A stretch of DNA of 64,000 nt from a bacterium (GCA_963662285.2 CAXXMV010000002.1:1760001-1824000), one strand, 5' to 3'; counted from the stretch's first letter, positions 19,122 to 29,563 are shown. The notes: generated by a model from the sequence alone, not told the origin. Made by a program: numbers and translations.

Positions 19122-21405
19122 TTACGGCGCCTGGATGAATCCGGCGTATCTTCTTTGGATTCCATCCAATAGGGCAGCATCCAGAATACGCCGTTGCTTT
19201 CCAAATGACCTGCGTCGTCGTTGAAATCTCCTGATACGATAGCCCAGGGATTCTTATCCCAGCGCATTACGCCGCGTTCGCTGGGAGGCGGCATGCGGTC
19301 TACCTGCATCGGCTCAAATATGGGGAAACGGACGGTTCCAATATCTTCCCGTTTGGAACTGTCAATCCTCCACTGAACCAGATCGAGCGGTTGGTCGCGC
19401 AGGAACTCTATGCACTGATCAAGATGGAAATTCTCTCCTCCGGTCAGACCGAACATGAAGTTGAAAAAGGGATTTTGTTCATTATCAACCGTTCGATATG
19501 CCCAGGTGTATCCCTCCAGCAGCACGGAGCGGATGGCGGGATCGTCTTCATATAACATCAATCCCGGTGCGGCCATAGTCATCAGATCGTCATCGATATG
19601 AGTGCGGTCAGCCCGGCCATAACTTTTAGGTCTGCCGCGCCATTTCCAGATAACCATGTTGGTTGATCAGTTTCAAGTATTCTTTCTGATATTTTTTGTC
19701 GCCAGTGATATGAAGGGCTGTTTTTAGAAATGACAAAATCTCAAAGGCGTTGATCGGCGCTTCGACCCGCCAGTCGGGATCGTTATGCAATTTCTCTGGA
19801 GACCAGACGCCCCACCGGGTATTCTTGCCATCAATATCCAGCAATTCATAACCGTTATCAATAATGTAGTCCATGATCTTGGCGACCAGCGTTTTTATCC
19901 GTTCTCTACGCCCTTTATCTGCGGCTAAGTCGTAATAGAAAAGATAACTGAACATGTGTCCGGTTATTTCATCTGAACTGGTGTCGCCTTTCCAAAGCCA
20001 TTTGCCATCGCTCGATGGACGCCAGCGATTTTCAATCGGTTTGTATCTTGGGTCGCGCACCCTGTGTTCAACCGCCTGTTGTTCTGTGTAGGTGCGGTTG
20101 GGATCAGCCATCTTTTTCCAGTCGCCGGGGATGATGGTGCGCGCCACGAATCCTTTGGTTTCGGTGATAGTCTGAAGCATTTCCAGGGCATCGAAGGCTT
20201 TATCGGCGTTTATCTTGGCCTGCGGGTCTTTGGTTACAGCGTAACGCAATGATTCCATCACCATGTAGATGCCGGTATAACTGCCGTCGTTATCATCATC
20301 AAGCGCTTCATAAACGCTATGGTCGGCGGGATCGGGGAAGCGGCATTTCTCCACGAACCAAGGCGTCTCTGATATGGCGTTTCTGACAGATTTCCAGATA
20401 ATATTCGGCTTTGTCCTGCAAGGTCATCATACGGGATTTAATGGCGCTGACTCCCGCAGCTGTGGCAATCCAGGCAGCGCCATTTTGGTCGAAGGCGATA
20501 TCGCGCACATCGTCGCTCAGCAGCCAGCGCTTGGAATGTCGAAGAGACCAATTGCGTCCATCATACCTGACAACGCCCAGAGCGGTTCCTATCCAAAGAC
20601 GCCCATCGGGACCGTTAGCTAGCGCATGAACATCGAAATTGGGCAAGCCATCATCCTGGTTTATGGTATTGATTCTCACTCCATTCTCATAAACATCCAT
20701 GCCGCCGAACTCGCCGATCCACAAACGGTTATCCGGCCTGATGAGCAGCGAGGTGAGTTCTGATGAATACAGTGCGTCATCCTGATAGTAGCATTGAACC
20801 TGTCGGCCCTGCTTACGGTAGAGTCCTATGCCGGTTGCGATCCACAGATCATCCTTACCGGCGAAAACCGCGTCGCGAATATTACCCGACCATTGGCGCT
20901 TGATGCTCTTCCATTTTCCGTCATCGCATTGCCAGGCCTTATCCGGTCCTAAAGCTACCATGCGGCCTGGGCGCCCCGCAATAACTGATACTGCGGTATT
21001 TATCTGCGCAATTTTATCGACTTGATCCTGGGCGACGCGGTATAAACCATCCCATGCGCCGACCCATAGAACGCCTGCATCATCCAGGTAAAGATCATAC
21101 AGCGGGCCGTCGGTTACCTGCTCGTTGCGGCGCCATACGCCATCCTGCAAGACGAATAGACCGCCCTTGGTCGCCGCCCAGACTTTACCGGTCGCGTCGA
21201 CCGTTATGGCGCGGACGTCATTGGCCTCAGCCCCGGTTAGGGGATAGGGTTCATGATATTCCTGCGCAAAGGGAACGTCTTTAACCGGAACTACCGCGTT
21301 TGCATTGATCGCGGCGAAGATCGCAAAAACCGTTGATAATACAATCGTGAATGATATTTTTTTCATATTTAAGTTCCTATATTTTCCAGCGGGAGTAGAA
21401 ATCAT
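19122..21405 (-). pseudogene. Secreted beta-propeller (two-component regulator propeller type) plus helical glycoside-hydrolase-like protein, broken by three frameshifts
   Basis: ORFs 20317..21405, 19626..20354 and 19094..19657 join into one coherent protein (RHIR-PWFVEKC; MAR-RPKSYG; PYWM-RYAGFIQAP*) after removing 1, 1 and 8 nt; could also be assembly error. Confidence 0.7.
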
Positions 21406-21553
21406 GTCTGTTTGTAGTCATATCCCCACTGATTTACAGTAATAGTTCAGACACATGAAGGAATAAGATGCTTCATCGGGCTGACCGATTAACTTTTTCT
21501 CAAAGCACCTGATAGTTTTATCATGAATGAGGTTGAGTTTCCAGCAGGGGAGG

Positions 21554-22255
21554 TTAGAAAAGCAGGTCTTGATCCATTTTTTGTTTCTTGACTTCAATTG
21601 GCTCAATGCAATCGGGCGACTCGTTGCGGGCGTTATTGACTAAAGAGCCTACCTGATGCAGCGCCATCTGATCGGGGGCGTATGGCCTCAGCATTTGTTT
21701 CAATATCTCCTGACGTTGCATTTGGGGATCAAGCCAGGCGTCATGCTGATCAATCGGCAGTATTACCGGCATACGGGGGTGGATGGGTTTGACCAGATCA
21801 TTGGCGTCAGTTGTTAGAACAGTACACGACTGAATCTCGGCGCCATCGGGTGATTGCCATTTCTCCCATAATCCCGCCATAGCGAAAGGTTGTTTGTCTT
21901 TGAGATAGATATAATGCGCTTGTTTGGCGCCGCTTTTCCGCCATTCATAAAAACCGTCAGCCGGAATCAGGCAGCGGCGCGAGCGGGCCGCTTTACGGAA
22001 AGAGGGCTTCTCAAACACCGTTTCGCTCTTGGCGTTGATCATGCGTGCTCCGATTGATGCATCCTTAGACCACGGTGGAATCAAACCCCACCGCAATTGA
22101 GCCAACTCCCTCTCAGAGTTATTAACCGCGATGCGCACCACTGCCGCATCCTGGGTGGGGGCGATGTTAAACCGGGGCTGCACCGGAGCGCGGTTCAATC
22201 GGAAAATCCGTTTGATCAATTCCTCCGATGATATCAATGAAAACCTGCCGCACAT
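21554..22255 (-). CDS. yedK: SOS response-associated peptidase (SRAP/YedK), abasic-site crosslinking protein
   Basis: MCGRF N-terminus, FNIAPTQ, RWGLIP, INAKSET, RCLIPADGFYEW, HPRMPVIL. Confidence 0.95.
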   Translation of the reverse strand: MCGRFSLISSEELIKRIFRLNRAPVQPRFNIAPTQDAAVVRIAVNNSERELAQLRWGLIPPWSKDASIGARMINAKSETVFEKPSFRKAARSRRCLIPADGFYEWRKSGAKQAHYIYLKDKQPFAMAGLWEKWQSPDGAEIQSCTVLTTDANDLVKPIHPRMPVILPIDQHDAWLDPQMQRQEILKQMLRPYAPDQMALHQVGSLVNNARNESPDCIEPIEVKKQKMDQDLLF

Positions 22256-22258
22256 GTT

Positions 22259-22909
22259 TTAACATTCTGTTGTTAAGGGATTACTTTTTATTATATCACC
22301 CTGATTATTTATATCAGAATTATCTTCTGCAACCGATTGGCGTTGAAATCTCTTATAAACCACTACTGTACCAGCGATGTAATCATGTATTGCCCGTCTT
22401 CGTCGATTGGATATACAGACAAACGCTTCACTCCAAATCCATATATACCCAAGGATTTGCCATATTATATACCAAGCCGGATAATAACCTTCCAGAAGTA
22501 TAGATCGGTCACTAAAGCCTTGTGAGGCATAGTCCGAATAATCTACTAGAAGAAGCGCCCAAACCTGAGCGATAATCAAGAAAAAACTAAAGACCAAATT
22601 TACTGAACAGCGTTTCCATGCCTCAATCCATCCAATGCGCGAACCATCAGGTTTTGTTATTCGTATACCTACGGCTAATTTACCAAGATTACCGCCAAAT
22701 CGGGCATCTAAATAAACATGGAACAAAGAGAATAATATTTTGTAGGTAATAGTAATAGTTATTGCCATGATTATGTTGAAAGTTACAAAGGAGTTAAATA
22801 AATAACTTATTGGTAATATTAACATTACGTTAACTAAACCAGCGTAAAAACGTCTCCATACGCCGGCATATACTCTTTTTCCCTCAATCCTGATTGGTAA
22901 GAATTCCAT
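22259..22909 (-). CDS. RDD family membrane protein (copy 2)
   Basis: YAGVWRRFYA, GNLGKLAVGIRI, RRRAIHDYIAGTVVV. Confidence 0.9.
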   Translation of the reverse strand: MEFLPIRIEGKRVYAGVWRRFYAGLVNVMLILPISYLFNSFVTFNIIMAITITITYKILFSLFHVYLDARFGGNLGKLAVGIRITKPDGSRIGWIEAWKRCSVNLVFSFFLIIAQVWALLLVDYSDYASQGFSDRSILLEGYYPAWYIIWQILGYIWIWSEAFVCISNRRRRAIHDYIAGTVVVYKRFQRQSVAEDNSDINNQGDIIKSNPLTTEC

Positions 22910-22970
22910 GTTTTTCCTTTGTTGAAAATAAATCTTATAATATCCATTTTGTAATAAACACTTATACTTA

Positions 22971-23030
22971 TTACAACAGAATCCGTTTGATCAATTCTTC
23001 CGATGATATCAACGAAAACCTGCCGCACAT
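22971..23030 (-). pseudogene. Stranded copy of the first 17 codons of yedK (MCGRFSLISSEELIKRI-LL*)
   Basis: 49/51 nt identical to 22205-22255; both differences are synonymous. Confidence 0.9.
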
Positions 23031-23070
23031 GGTTTTTACATTCTGCTCGGTATTTAGTCTTTAATTCGGC

Positions 23071-23727
23071 TTAATCCCACATACCAGCCAAATATTTCTG
23101 GTCATCCTCGGATGCTTCAGTGGAATCCTGTTCAGTATCATATCCTGCAGCAAGTTGATCTAGAACTCTCTTATGAACAACTACTGTTCCACCAATCAAA
23201 TCGTGTATGGCTCGTCTGCGACGATTACATAGACATACAAACGCTTCACCCCAAAACCATAAACCCATAAGAAGACCAAGAAGGATACCCCAGGATGGAT
23301 GATGAGATCCTATAATTTCATTTTTACCCATAAAATCTGCTGAGGAATACTTTACAAAATCAACCTGAATTAGCGCCCAAATCGATAAGACAATCGATAC
23401 TAAAGCAAATACTAAATCTACAGATGAACGTTTCCATGCTTCAATCCACCCGATGCGCGATCCATCAGGTTTTGTTACGCGTATGGCTACGCCAAGTTTA
23501 CCGAGAGTACCGCCAAAACGGGCATGGAAATATACGGTATACAAAGCAAAGAGAAGAGATGAGGGAATTGTAATAGCTATTGCCAGGATTTTATCTAAAC
23601 TACCTATGTAGCTAAATAAAAACGTTATAGGGATGAAAATAATTCCATCAGCAGCACCAGCGCAAAAACGTTTCCAGAAACCAGCATATACTCTTCGGCC
23701 CTCAATCCTGAGTGGTAAGAATTCCAT
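23071..23727 (-). CDS. RDD family membrane protein (copy 1)
   Basis: MEFLPLRIEGRRVYAGFWKRF, GTLGKLGVAIRV, RRRAIHDLIGGTVVV; start aligned with the paralog. Confidence 0.9.
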   Translation of the reverse strand: MEFLPLRIEGRRVYAGFWKRFCAGAADGIIFIPITFLFSYIGSLDKILAIAITIPSSLLFALYTVYFHARFGGTLGKLGVAIRVTKPDGSRIGWIEAWKRSSVDLVFALVSIVLSIWALIQVDFVKYSSADFMGKNEIIGSHHPSWGILLGLLMGLWFWGEAFVCLCNRRRRAIHDLIGGTVVVHKRVLDQLAAGYDTEQDSTEASEDDQKYLAGMWD

Positions 23728-23985
23728 GTGTTTTTCCTTTGTTGAAAATATATCTTGTGATAGACCTGCTATAATAAGCACTTATACTTATTACAACAGA
23801 ATTTGCCTATTCTGTCATAAAGAAGGGGTATTGTCAATAATTACTTTATATAATCATGCTTTTTAATGCTTCACATGTAGAAAAAAACAAAATACGCTTG
23901 ACCAATCCATCTAATCCGTCACAATAAACATATATTCAACCGCGCAGCATCAACGGTGTAACTATTTGATTCGAGGTGATATCTC

Positions 23986-24561
23986 ATGGCTCTTACTGCT
24001 TCAACCATGCTTCCTTTGGGGACGCCAGCGCCAGATTTTGCGCTGCCCGATATTGATGGTAAAACGGTATCGCTGGATGACTGCCGGGACGCCAAAGCCT
24101 TGCTGGTTATGTTTATCTGCAACCATTGTCCATTCGTGGTTCATGTAAGGGATGAGTTGGCCAGGATCGGTCGCGATTATCAGGAAAAAGGCGTGGCCAT
24201 TGTCGCCATTAGTTCAAACAATGTGGAAACCCATGCCGCCGACAGTCCCGCTTTGATGGCTGAAGAGGCCAGGAGCGCCGGATATAGTTTCCCTTATCTC
24301 TATGATGAGTCGCAGGAAATCGCCAAAGCCTATCAGGCCGCCTGTACGCCTGATTTCTTTCTGTTTGATGGCGACCGTAAGTTAGTATACCGTGGGCAGT
24401 TGGATGACAGCCGGCCCAACAATGGCCTTCCCGTAACCGGGGCTGATCTTCGCGCTGCGCTGGACGCTGTAATTGCTGGAAAACCTGTCTCGGCTGAACA
24501 GAAATCCAGCATGGGCTGCAATATTAAATGGAAGCCCGGTAATGAGCCGAAGTATACATGA
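23986..24561 (+). CDS. Thioredoxin-fold AhpC/TSA-like protein
   Basis: APDFALPD, FICNHCPFV, YLYDESQEIAKAYQAACTPDFFLFD, YRGQLDDSRP, GCNIKW. Confidence 0.92.
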   Translation: MALTASTMLPLGTPAPDFALPDIDGKTVSLDDCRDAKALLVMFICNHCPFVVHVRDELARIGRDYQEKGVAIVAISSNNVETHAADSPALMAEEARSAGYSFPYLYDESQEIAKAYQAACTPDFFLFDGDRKLVYRGQLDDSRPNNGLPVTGADLRAALDAVIAGKPVSAEQKSSMGCNIKWKPGNEPKYT

Positions 24562-24602
24562 TGGGATTGGGTGTGGTGGTTTGATTTTTGAGGTGGTTCT
24601 TT

Positions 24603-24655
24603 GATGGGTCGGTGAAGCGCTGACCCATCTCATTAGCGGTCTTGCCCTTGGCGCC
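24603..24655. repeat. Family B-like hairpin followed by a family A right half
   Basis: gatgggtc..gacccatc, then gcggtcttgcccttggcgcc. Confidence 0.65.
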
Positions 24656-24836
24656 TCTCCCGTCCTTGGCGTCCGTTATTACTTCCGTCATTTTTTGGAT
24701 GAGATGCCATGTTAATTCTTATGGGAATCATTCTCAGTAGGAATTACATATTTGATAAAACCGAATATAATCAATATAGAGAGGTCTTTATTAAGATCAT
24801 AATTTCTCAAAAATAACCTTCGACGAAAGGCTTTTA

Positions 24837-26339
24837 ATGCTTCCCGCGATTACTTTACGTAACCTACCTTTAAAACTCAACTTGTTTGTACTAGAAACCA
24901 TCTTTTCCACTAATCGAATTCAATGGAAAGATGCGGTTTTATGCCCTGATTCAGATGATTCACTCATTGCTTTTGTACTATTAAAAAGCGCGAAATCCGT
25001 TAAATACGCCATGCAGAAAATGAATGAATGCGAAATATCTGACAGGATTATTGAAATATTACCTTCAACCGAAGAAGAAATTGCGCGATTAGAAGAAGAA
25101 CTCGAAAAAACGCGCCAAAAAGAAAAAGAGACTTCCCGCAGTTCTAATAACATTAATTCTTCATCTGAAGATAAACAATTACCTAAAGATAATAAATTGC
25201 CTGATGAGGATGAAGATGAAGACAAAGAAGAAGTCGATAATATTGAATGTCTTCCATTTTCTTCAATGGGCTTATCTGATGCGGTAATGCGGAATTTGGA
25301 ACGTTTAAAGTTTGAAACAGCAACCCCGATCCAGACGTTGGCTATACCCCCGGCTTTGGAAGGGTGTGACATTATCGGTCGCGCCCAGACCGGAACAGGG
25401 AAGACGATGGCTTTCGGCATCCCCATAGTGGAACTGTTATTGAAACATCCCGGAAAAGGTCTACGCGCCCTGGTTATTGCGCCTACCCGCGAGTTGGCTG
25501 TTCAAATCAAGGATGTCATTGCAGACATCATTGTTGATACAGGTCTGAAAACACTGGTGGTTTATGGTGGAGACAATATCCTTGATCAAATGCTCACTTT
25601 GCGTGACGGTATAGATATACTGATCGCTACTCCGGGACGTTTGTTGGATATTCAGAGCCGCGGCCGCTTACGGGTTGATGCGGCGGAAATTCTGGTATTG
25701 GACGAAGCGGATCGAATGTTGGATATGGGATTCCTGCCTCAGATGACCAAAATTTTCCATTGTTTCTATGAACATCCCCAAACCATGCTGTTTTCAGCCA
25801 CTATACCTACGGAACTGGGTAAACTGACAGGCATAAACTTAAAGAATCCCGTATTGGTTGATGTGGGAGCCACTGATTTAACTCCACTCGAAGCCGTATC
25901 GCAAAAGGTATTATACCTCTCTCCTGAAGAGAAAGAGCACTATCTTTATGATCTGCTGGATCATGAAAGCGGCCCGGTTCTCGTTTTTGCCAAAACCAAG
26001 CGTTCTACCGAGCGGCTCGCTCAAACGTTAAAATCCAAGGGTTACTCGGCGACGCGGATTCATGGTGATATTGATCAGAGCATACGTACCCGCGCTGTAG
26101 AAGCATTCCGCAATGGAGAGTATAAAATCCTGGTGGCAACCGACGTCGCTTCGCGGGGATTGGATATAGATGGCATCGCCCATGTGGTTAATTTCGATCT
26201 ACCCATGGCGCCGGAAGATCATCTGCACCGCATAGGCCGCACTGCCCGCGCCGGAGCAACCGGCAAAGCCACTACCTTCATAACTCACAAAGAACGCCGC
26301 ACCATCAAACCATTCAACGTTGTGCTTGGACAGGGATAA
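24837..26339 (+). CDS. DEAD-box RNA helicase with N-terminal RRM-like domain and acidic linker
   Basis: Q motif TPIQ, AQTGTGKT, PTRELA, TPGRL, DEAD, SAT, HRIGRTAR; N-terminus ITLRNLP..IAFVLL..AMQKMNECEISDRIIEI resembles an RRM. Confidence 0.92.
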   Translation: MLPAITLRNLPLKLNLFVLETIFSTNRIQWKDAVLCPDSDDSLIAFVLLKSAKSVKYAMQKMNECEISDRIIEILPSTEEEIARLEEELEKTRQKEKETSRSSNNINSSSEDKQLPKDNKLPDEDEDEDKEEVDNIECLPFSSMGLSDAVMRNLERLKFETATPIQTLAIPPALEGCDIIGRAQTGTGKTMAFGIPIVELLLKHPGKGLRALVIAPTRELAVQIKDVIADIIVDTGLKTLVVYGGDNILDQMLTLRDGIDILIATPGRLLDIQSRGRLRVDAAEILVLDEADRMLDMGFLPQMTKIFHCFYEHPQTMLFSATIPTELGKLTGINLKNPVLVDVGATDLTPLEAVSQKVLYLSPEEKEHYLYDLLDHESGPVLVFAKTKRSTERLAQTLKSKGYSATRIHGDIDQSIRTRAVEAFRNGEYKILVATDVASRGLDIDGIAHVVNFDLPMAPEDHLHRIGRTARAGATGKATTFITHKERRTIKPFNVVLGQG

Positions 26340-26406
26340 ACCACGTTTAATCATTAACCATTGGCGCCTGTTCATATTAACCTCGTTTTTTTTACGCAGG
26401 TAATTA

Positions 26407-26450
26407 TTATCAACCCTCACCTAACCTCTCCCAATCTTGGGAGAGGGATA
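26407..26450 (+). repeat. REP-like family C copy
   Basis: ttatcaaccctcacctaacctctcccaatcttgggagagggata. Confidence 0.85.
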
Positions 26451-26577
26451 TTCGCCTTCCGTTTTTACATGACAAAATAAAAATTGTTTCATACATAGAA
26501 ATCCAACTCCATTTCATGTTATGTTAGGTATATTATTAGATCAATTCTGATAGTATTTCACTCACAGGAGACATAAC

Positions 26578-27861
26578 ATGATTAGGCGTGATTTTATCAA
26601 ATATTCTTCAACCGTTGCCGGAACATCACTGATAGGCAACTCAAAAAGCTGGGCTGGCGCCAACGATAGAATCCGCACCGGCATCATCGGCATGGGCGGT
26701 CGCGGCGGTTATCACATGCATAGCGCCTCGAAATTCGACGGCGTTGAAGTGGCCGCTATCGCTGATCCCGATCAACGCCGCATTGATAAATGGGCGGCTG
26801 AACTTAATGAAAAAACCGGCAAAGCGCCAGCCAAATATCAAGACTTGCGAAAAATTATTGAAGATAAGAGCATCGATGCGGTCATGATCGCTTCCAGCAA
26901 CCATTGGCATGCCCTAGCCGGGATATGGGCTTGTCAGTCGGGCAAACACGCATATGTTGAGAAACCTGTTTCACACAATATGTTCGAGGGACGCAAACTG
27001 ATTGAAGCTGCGCGAAAGTATAATCGCTGCGTACAAGGCGGAACCCAGCGCCGTTCTTCGGGTTTGTTCCGCAAAGCGGTTCAACTGTTGCACGACGGGA
27101 TTATAGGCGATATCTACATGGCGCGCGCTATAGTGTATGGCGCCCGTGATTCAATCGGCTTTAAACCGCAAGAACCGATTCCTGAATGGTTCAATTGGGA
27201 CGTCTGGCTTGGACCGGCGCAGGACCAACCCTATCACGGCAATATGACTCATTATAACTGGCACTGGTTCTGGGACTTCGGCAATGGAGAACTGGGCAAT
27301 AACGGAAGCCACATTCTTGATGTAATCCGCTGGGGATTCAACCGGGGATTGCCGGACAAAGTCAGTTCCAGCGGAGGCCGCTTCGGATATAAAGACCAGG
27401 GCGAAACCCCCAATACCCAACTGTGCAACTTTGAATATGATGACGGCAGTTATATCTCCTGCGAAGTACGCGGGCTTCCCACCAATACTGAAGCCGATGG
27501 AAAAGAGTGGGGCGGATTCTTCTATGGTACAAAAGGTTATATGGCGATTGATGACAAGAATTATCAAATCTTCCTGGGAAGGAACAAAGAACCTGAACCG
27601 GATCAGGGACAATTGGAACGCATCCAACATCAGGAGAATTTCTTTAACGCCATCCGGGCGGATGACCCCAAATTGCTGACGGGCGATATAGAAGAGATTC
27701 ATCAATCATGCGCCTTCTGCCTCTTGGGCAATATCGCTTACCGCTTAGGGCGCGAACTTAAGTTCGATCCGGTAAAAGAAAAATTCATCGGCGACAAAGA
27801 AGCGGATCGTCTGCTGACCCGCGATTACCGTAATCCATTCATCGTTCCTGATAGGGTATAA
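26578..27861 (+). CDS. Gfo/Idh/MocA family oxidoreductase with Tat signal
   Basis: MIRRDFIK, IGMGGRG, SNHWH, YVEKP, GTQRRS, HYNWHWFWDFGNGELGN. Confidence 0.92.
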   Translation: MIRRDFIKYSSTVAGTSLIGNSKSWAGANDRIRTGIIGMGGRGGYHMHSASKFDGVEVAAIADPDQRRIDKWAAELNEKTGKAPAKYQDLRKIIEDKSIDAVMIASSNHWHALAGIWACQSGKHAYVEKPVSHNMFEGRKLIEAARKYNRCVQGGTQRRSSGLFRKAVQLLHDGIIGDIYMARAIVYGARDSIGFKPQEPIPEWFNWDVWLGPAQDQPYHGNMTHYNWHWFWDFGNGELGNNGSHILDVIRWGFNRGLPDKVSSSGGRFGYKDQGETPNTQLCNFEYDDGSYISCEVRGLPTNTEADGKEWGGFFYGTKGYMAIDDKNYQIFLGRNKEPEPDQGQLERIQHQENFFNAIRADDPKLLTGDIEEIHQSCAFCLLGNIAYRLGRELKFDPVKEKFIGDKEADRLLTRDYRNPFIVPDRV

Positions 27862-27864
27862 AAA

Positions 27865-28824
27865 ATGAAAAATTTTACTCTGAAACATATCACACTAATC
27901 ATTTCTATGTTTATCATATTGCTTGCGCCGGGAAGCGGCAAACTCCAGGCGCAAGACGTCAAGCCTGCGTTCAAGCCGGTTCCGGAGATGCAGGTTATAC
28001 CACAGCCCTATGATCAGACATCGATACACCGTAATGGCGTTGAAATCGCGCGTTATCATTTCGGGCCGCAACTGAACCGCCCCTTTATCTTTCCCATAAT
28101 CGGTCCATCTGGTTTATCGTTGGTCCGCATGGCGCATCCCCGTGACCCCAATGGACATAGCCATCACAATGGAGTCTGGATATCGCACAATATTATCAAT
28201 GGCATAGACTTTTGGGCTGATACAGGCGAAGGCAGGATCGTCCATAAGGGCATCGTCAAATATATCGATGAAGGCGGCGATGCTGCAATCATCGCTGAGA
28301 ATCATTGGCTGGATGGTGATAAGAAAGCGCTATTGCAGGAGACGCGGGGCATGACCGCGCATCCACTGCCCGACAAGGAATGGCTGCTTATCATTGATCT
28401 GCAATTCAAAGCGTTGAATGGCGACGTGAAATTTGAAGATACGCCGTTCGGTATGATCGGCGTGCGCATGGCCAAAACAATCGGCGTACATGACGGCGGA
28501 GGCATGATCCGCAATGCTGAAGGCGCGGTTAACGAAAAGGCCATTTTCCGTAAAAAAACGCGCTGGGTGGATTATAGCGGACGCATTACCAATGATGCGG
28601 TTGAGGGAATCACTCTATTCGATCACCCCATGAATCCGAACCACCCCGCGCCATTCCATGTGCGCAATGATGGATGGATGGGCGCCTGTCTGAATCACGA
28701 GGCGCCGTTCACTCTCAAAAATGGCGAGTCGCTCAAACTGCGCTACGGATTATATATCCACAGCGATTTGAAACCGCTTGCTGATATTGAAGAGCATTGG
28801 AAACAATTTACGCAGATGGATTGA
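27865..28824 (+). CDS. Secreted PmoA-like (DUF6807-type) protein
   Basis: RPFIFPI.GPSG, HSHHNGVWISH, DFW, FGMIGVRMA, WVDYSG, DHPMNP, FHVRNDG; this family commonly follows Gfo/Idh/MocA genes. Confidence 0.75.
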   Translation: MKNFTLKHITLIISMFIILLAPGSGKLQAQDVKPAFKPVPEMQVIPQPYDQTSIHRNGVEIARYHFGPQLNRPFIFPIIGPSGLSLVRMAHPRDPNGHSHHNGVWISHNIINGIDFWADTGEGRIVHKGIVKYIDEGGDAAIIAENHWLDGDKKALLQETRGMTAHPLPDKEWLLIIDLQFKALNGDVKFEDTPFGMIGVRMAKTIGVHDGGGMIRNAEGAVNEKAIFRKKTRWVDYSGRITNDAVEGITLFDHPMNPNHPAPFHVRNDGWMGACLNHEAPFTLKNGESLKLRYGLYIHSDLKPLADIEEHWKQFTQMD

Positions 28825-28838
28825 TGATTGTTATTGGC

Positions 28839-28884
28839 GATTATAAATCCTCTATCAGATTAGCTTTGGTTATATCGTAATGGC
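28839..28884. repeat. Perfect 46-bp direct repeat of the ytxJ 3' end (other copy 29064-29109)
   Basis: gattataaatcctctatcagattagctttggttatatcgtaatggc occurs twice, 225 bp apart. Confidence 0.95.
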
Positions 28885-29060
28885 GGGTGCCAAGGGCAAG
28901 AGCGCATTGCGCTCAGCCCTTGATCAAACCACCAACGATAGGATGATATTCCTTAACTTAATGACATTGCTTTTGTCGGCGCTCGATATGTCAGGCGACC
29001 TGGGTGCCGGAATCATTGGCGGGTTCTATCCATCGGGCAACCACAAGGGATTGCCCCTAC
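28882..29060 (-). repeat. REP family A (28882-28933) and family E (29035-29060) copies between the 46-bp repeats
   Basis: ggcgggtgccaagggcaagagcgcattgcgctcagcccttgatcaaaccacc; gggcaaccacaagggattgcccctac. Confidence 0.85.
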
Positions 29061-29065
29061 GGTGA

Positions 29066-29419
29066 TTATAAATCCTCTATCAGATTAGCTTTGGTTATAT
29101 CGTAATGGCTGTAGTCGCCAACCGCGCTGCCATCTTTGACGCATATTACTTGCGGGCTTTGATGGGTCACGCCTAACCGATCAGCGATTTCGGCAGAAAG
29201 ATTGCGCTGCTCCTGGACGATAACCAGATATACCGTTGCGCCAGTCTCTTTGATGAATCCATTAACCTGGTTCTTTGCTGAACTGGAAATTGGACAGATA
29301 GTGCTATGTTTCAAAATAAAAACCGTTTCATCCCGGCTTCTCTCCAGACATTGATCCACATTTTCCATTTTGGAATATAGTTCATCCCTATCATCGTTCA
29401 TCAAATTAAAAAGACTCAT
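29066..29419 (-). CDS. ytxJ: YtxJ/DUF2847 bacillithiol-system monothiol redox protein
   Basis: FILKHSTICPISS, QRNLSAEIADRLGVTHQSPQ, SHYDIT; AGGAG RBS before ATG 29419. Confidence 0.85.
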   Translation of the reverse strand: MSLFNLMNDDRDELYSKMENVDQCLERSRDETVFILKHSTICPISSSAKNQVNGFIKETGATVYLVIVQEQRNLSAEIADRLGVTHQSPQVICVKDGSAVGDYSHYDITKANLIEDL

Positions 29420-29563
29420 GCTGCATAATCTCCTATATATTTCGCATAAACATTGATTTTCATTATACCCAATTATATCAGTGTAATCACTCTGTAAGAG
29501 TATATGATTGACTGATTGTTTTCTATAATTTTGGATATTAAACATTAAGGGGCGAATAAGAAA

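Noticed and set aside
24633-24710. 25-aa minus-strand mini-ORF (MASHPKNDGSNNGRQGRERRQGQDR) ending inside a REP half
   Set aside because: No convincing RBS or homology; it could be another REP-truncated gene start but this is unsupported
24920-25426. 168-aa Ser-rich ORF on the - strand
   Set aside because: Antisense to the acidic linker of the DEAD-box helicase
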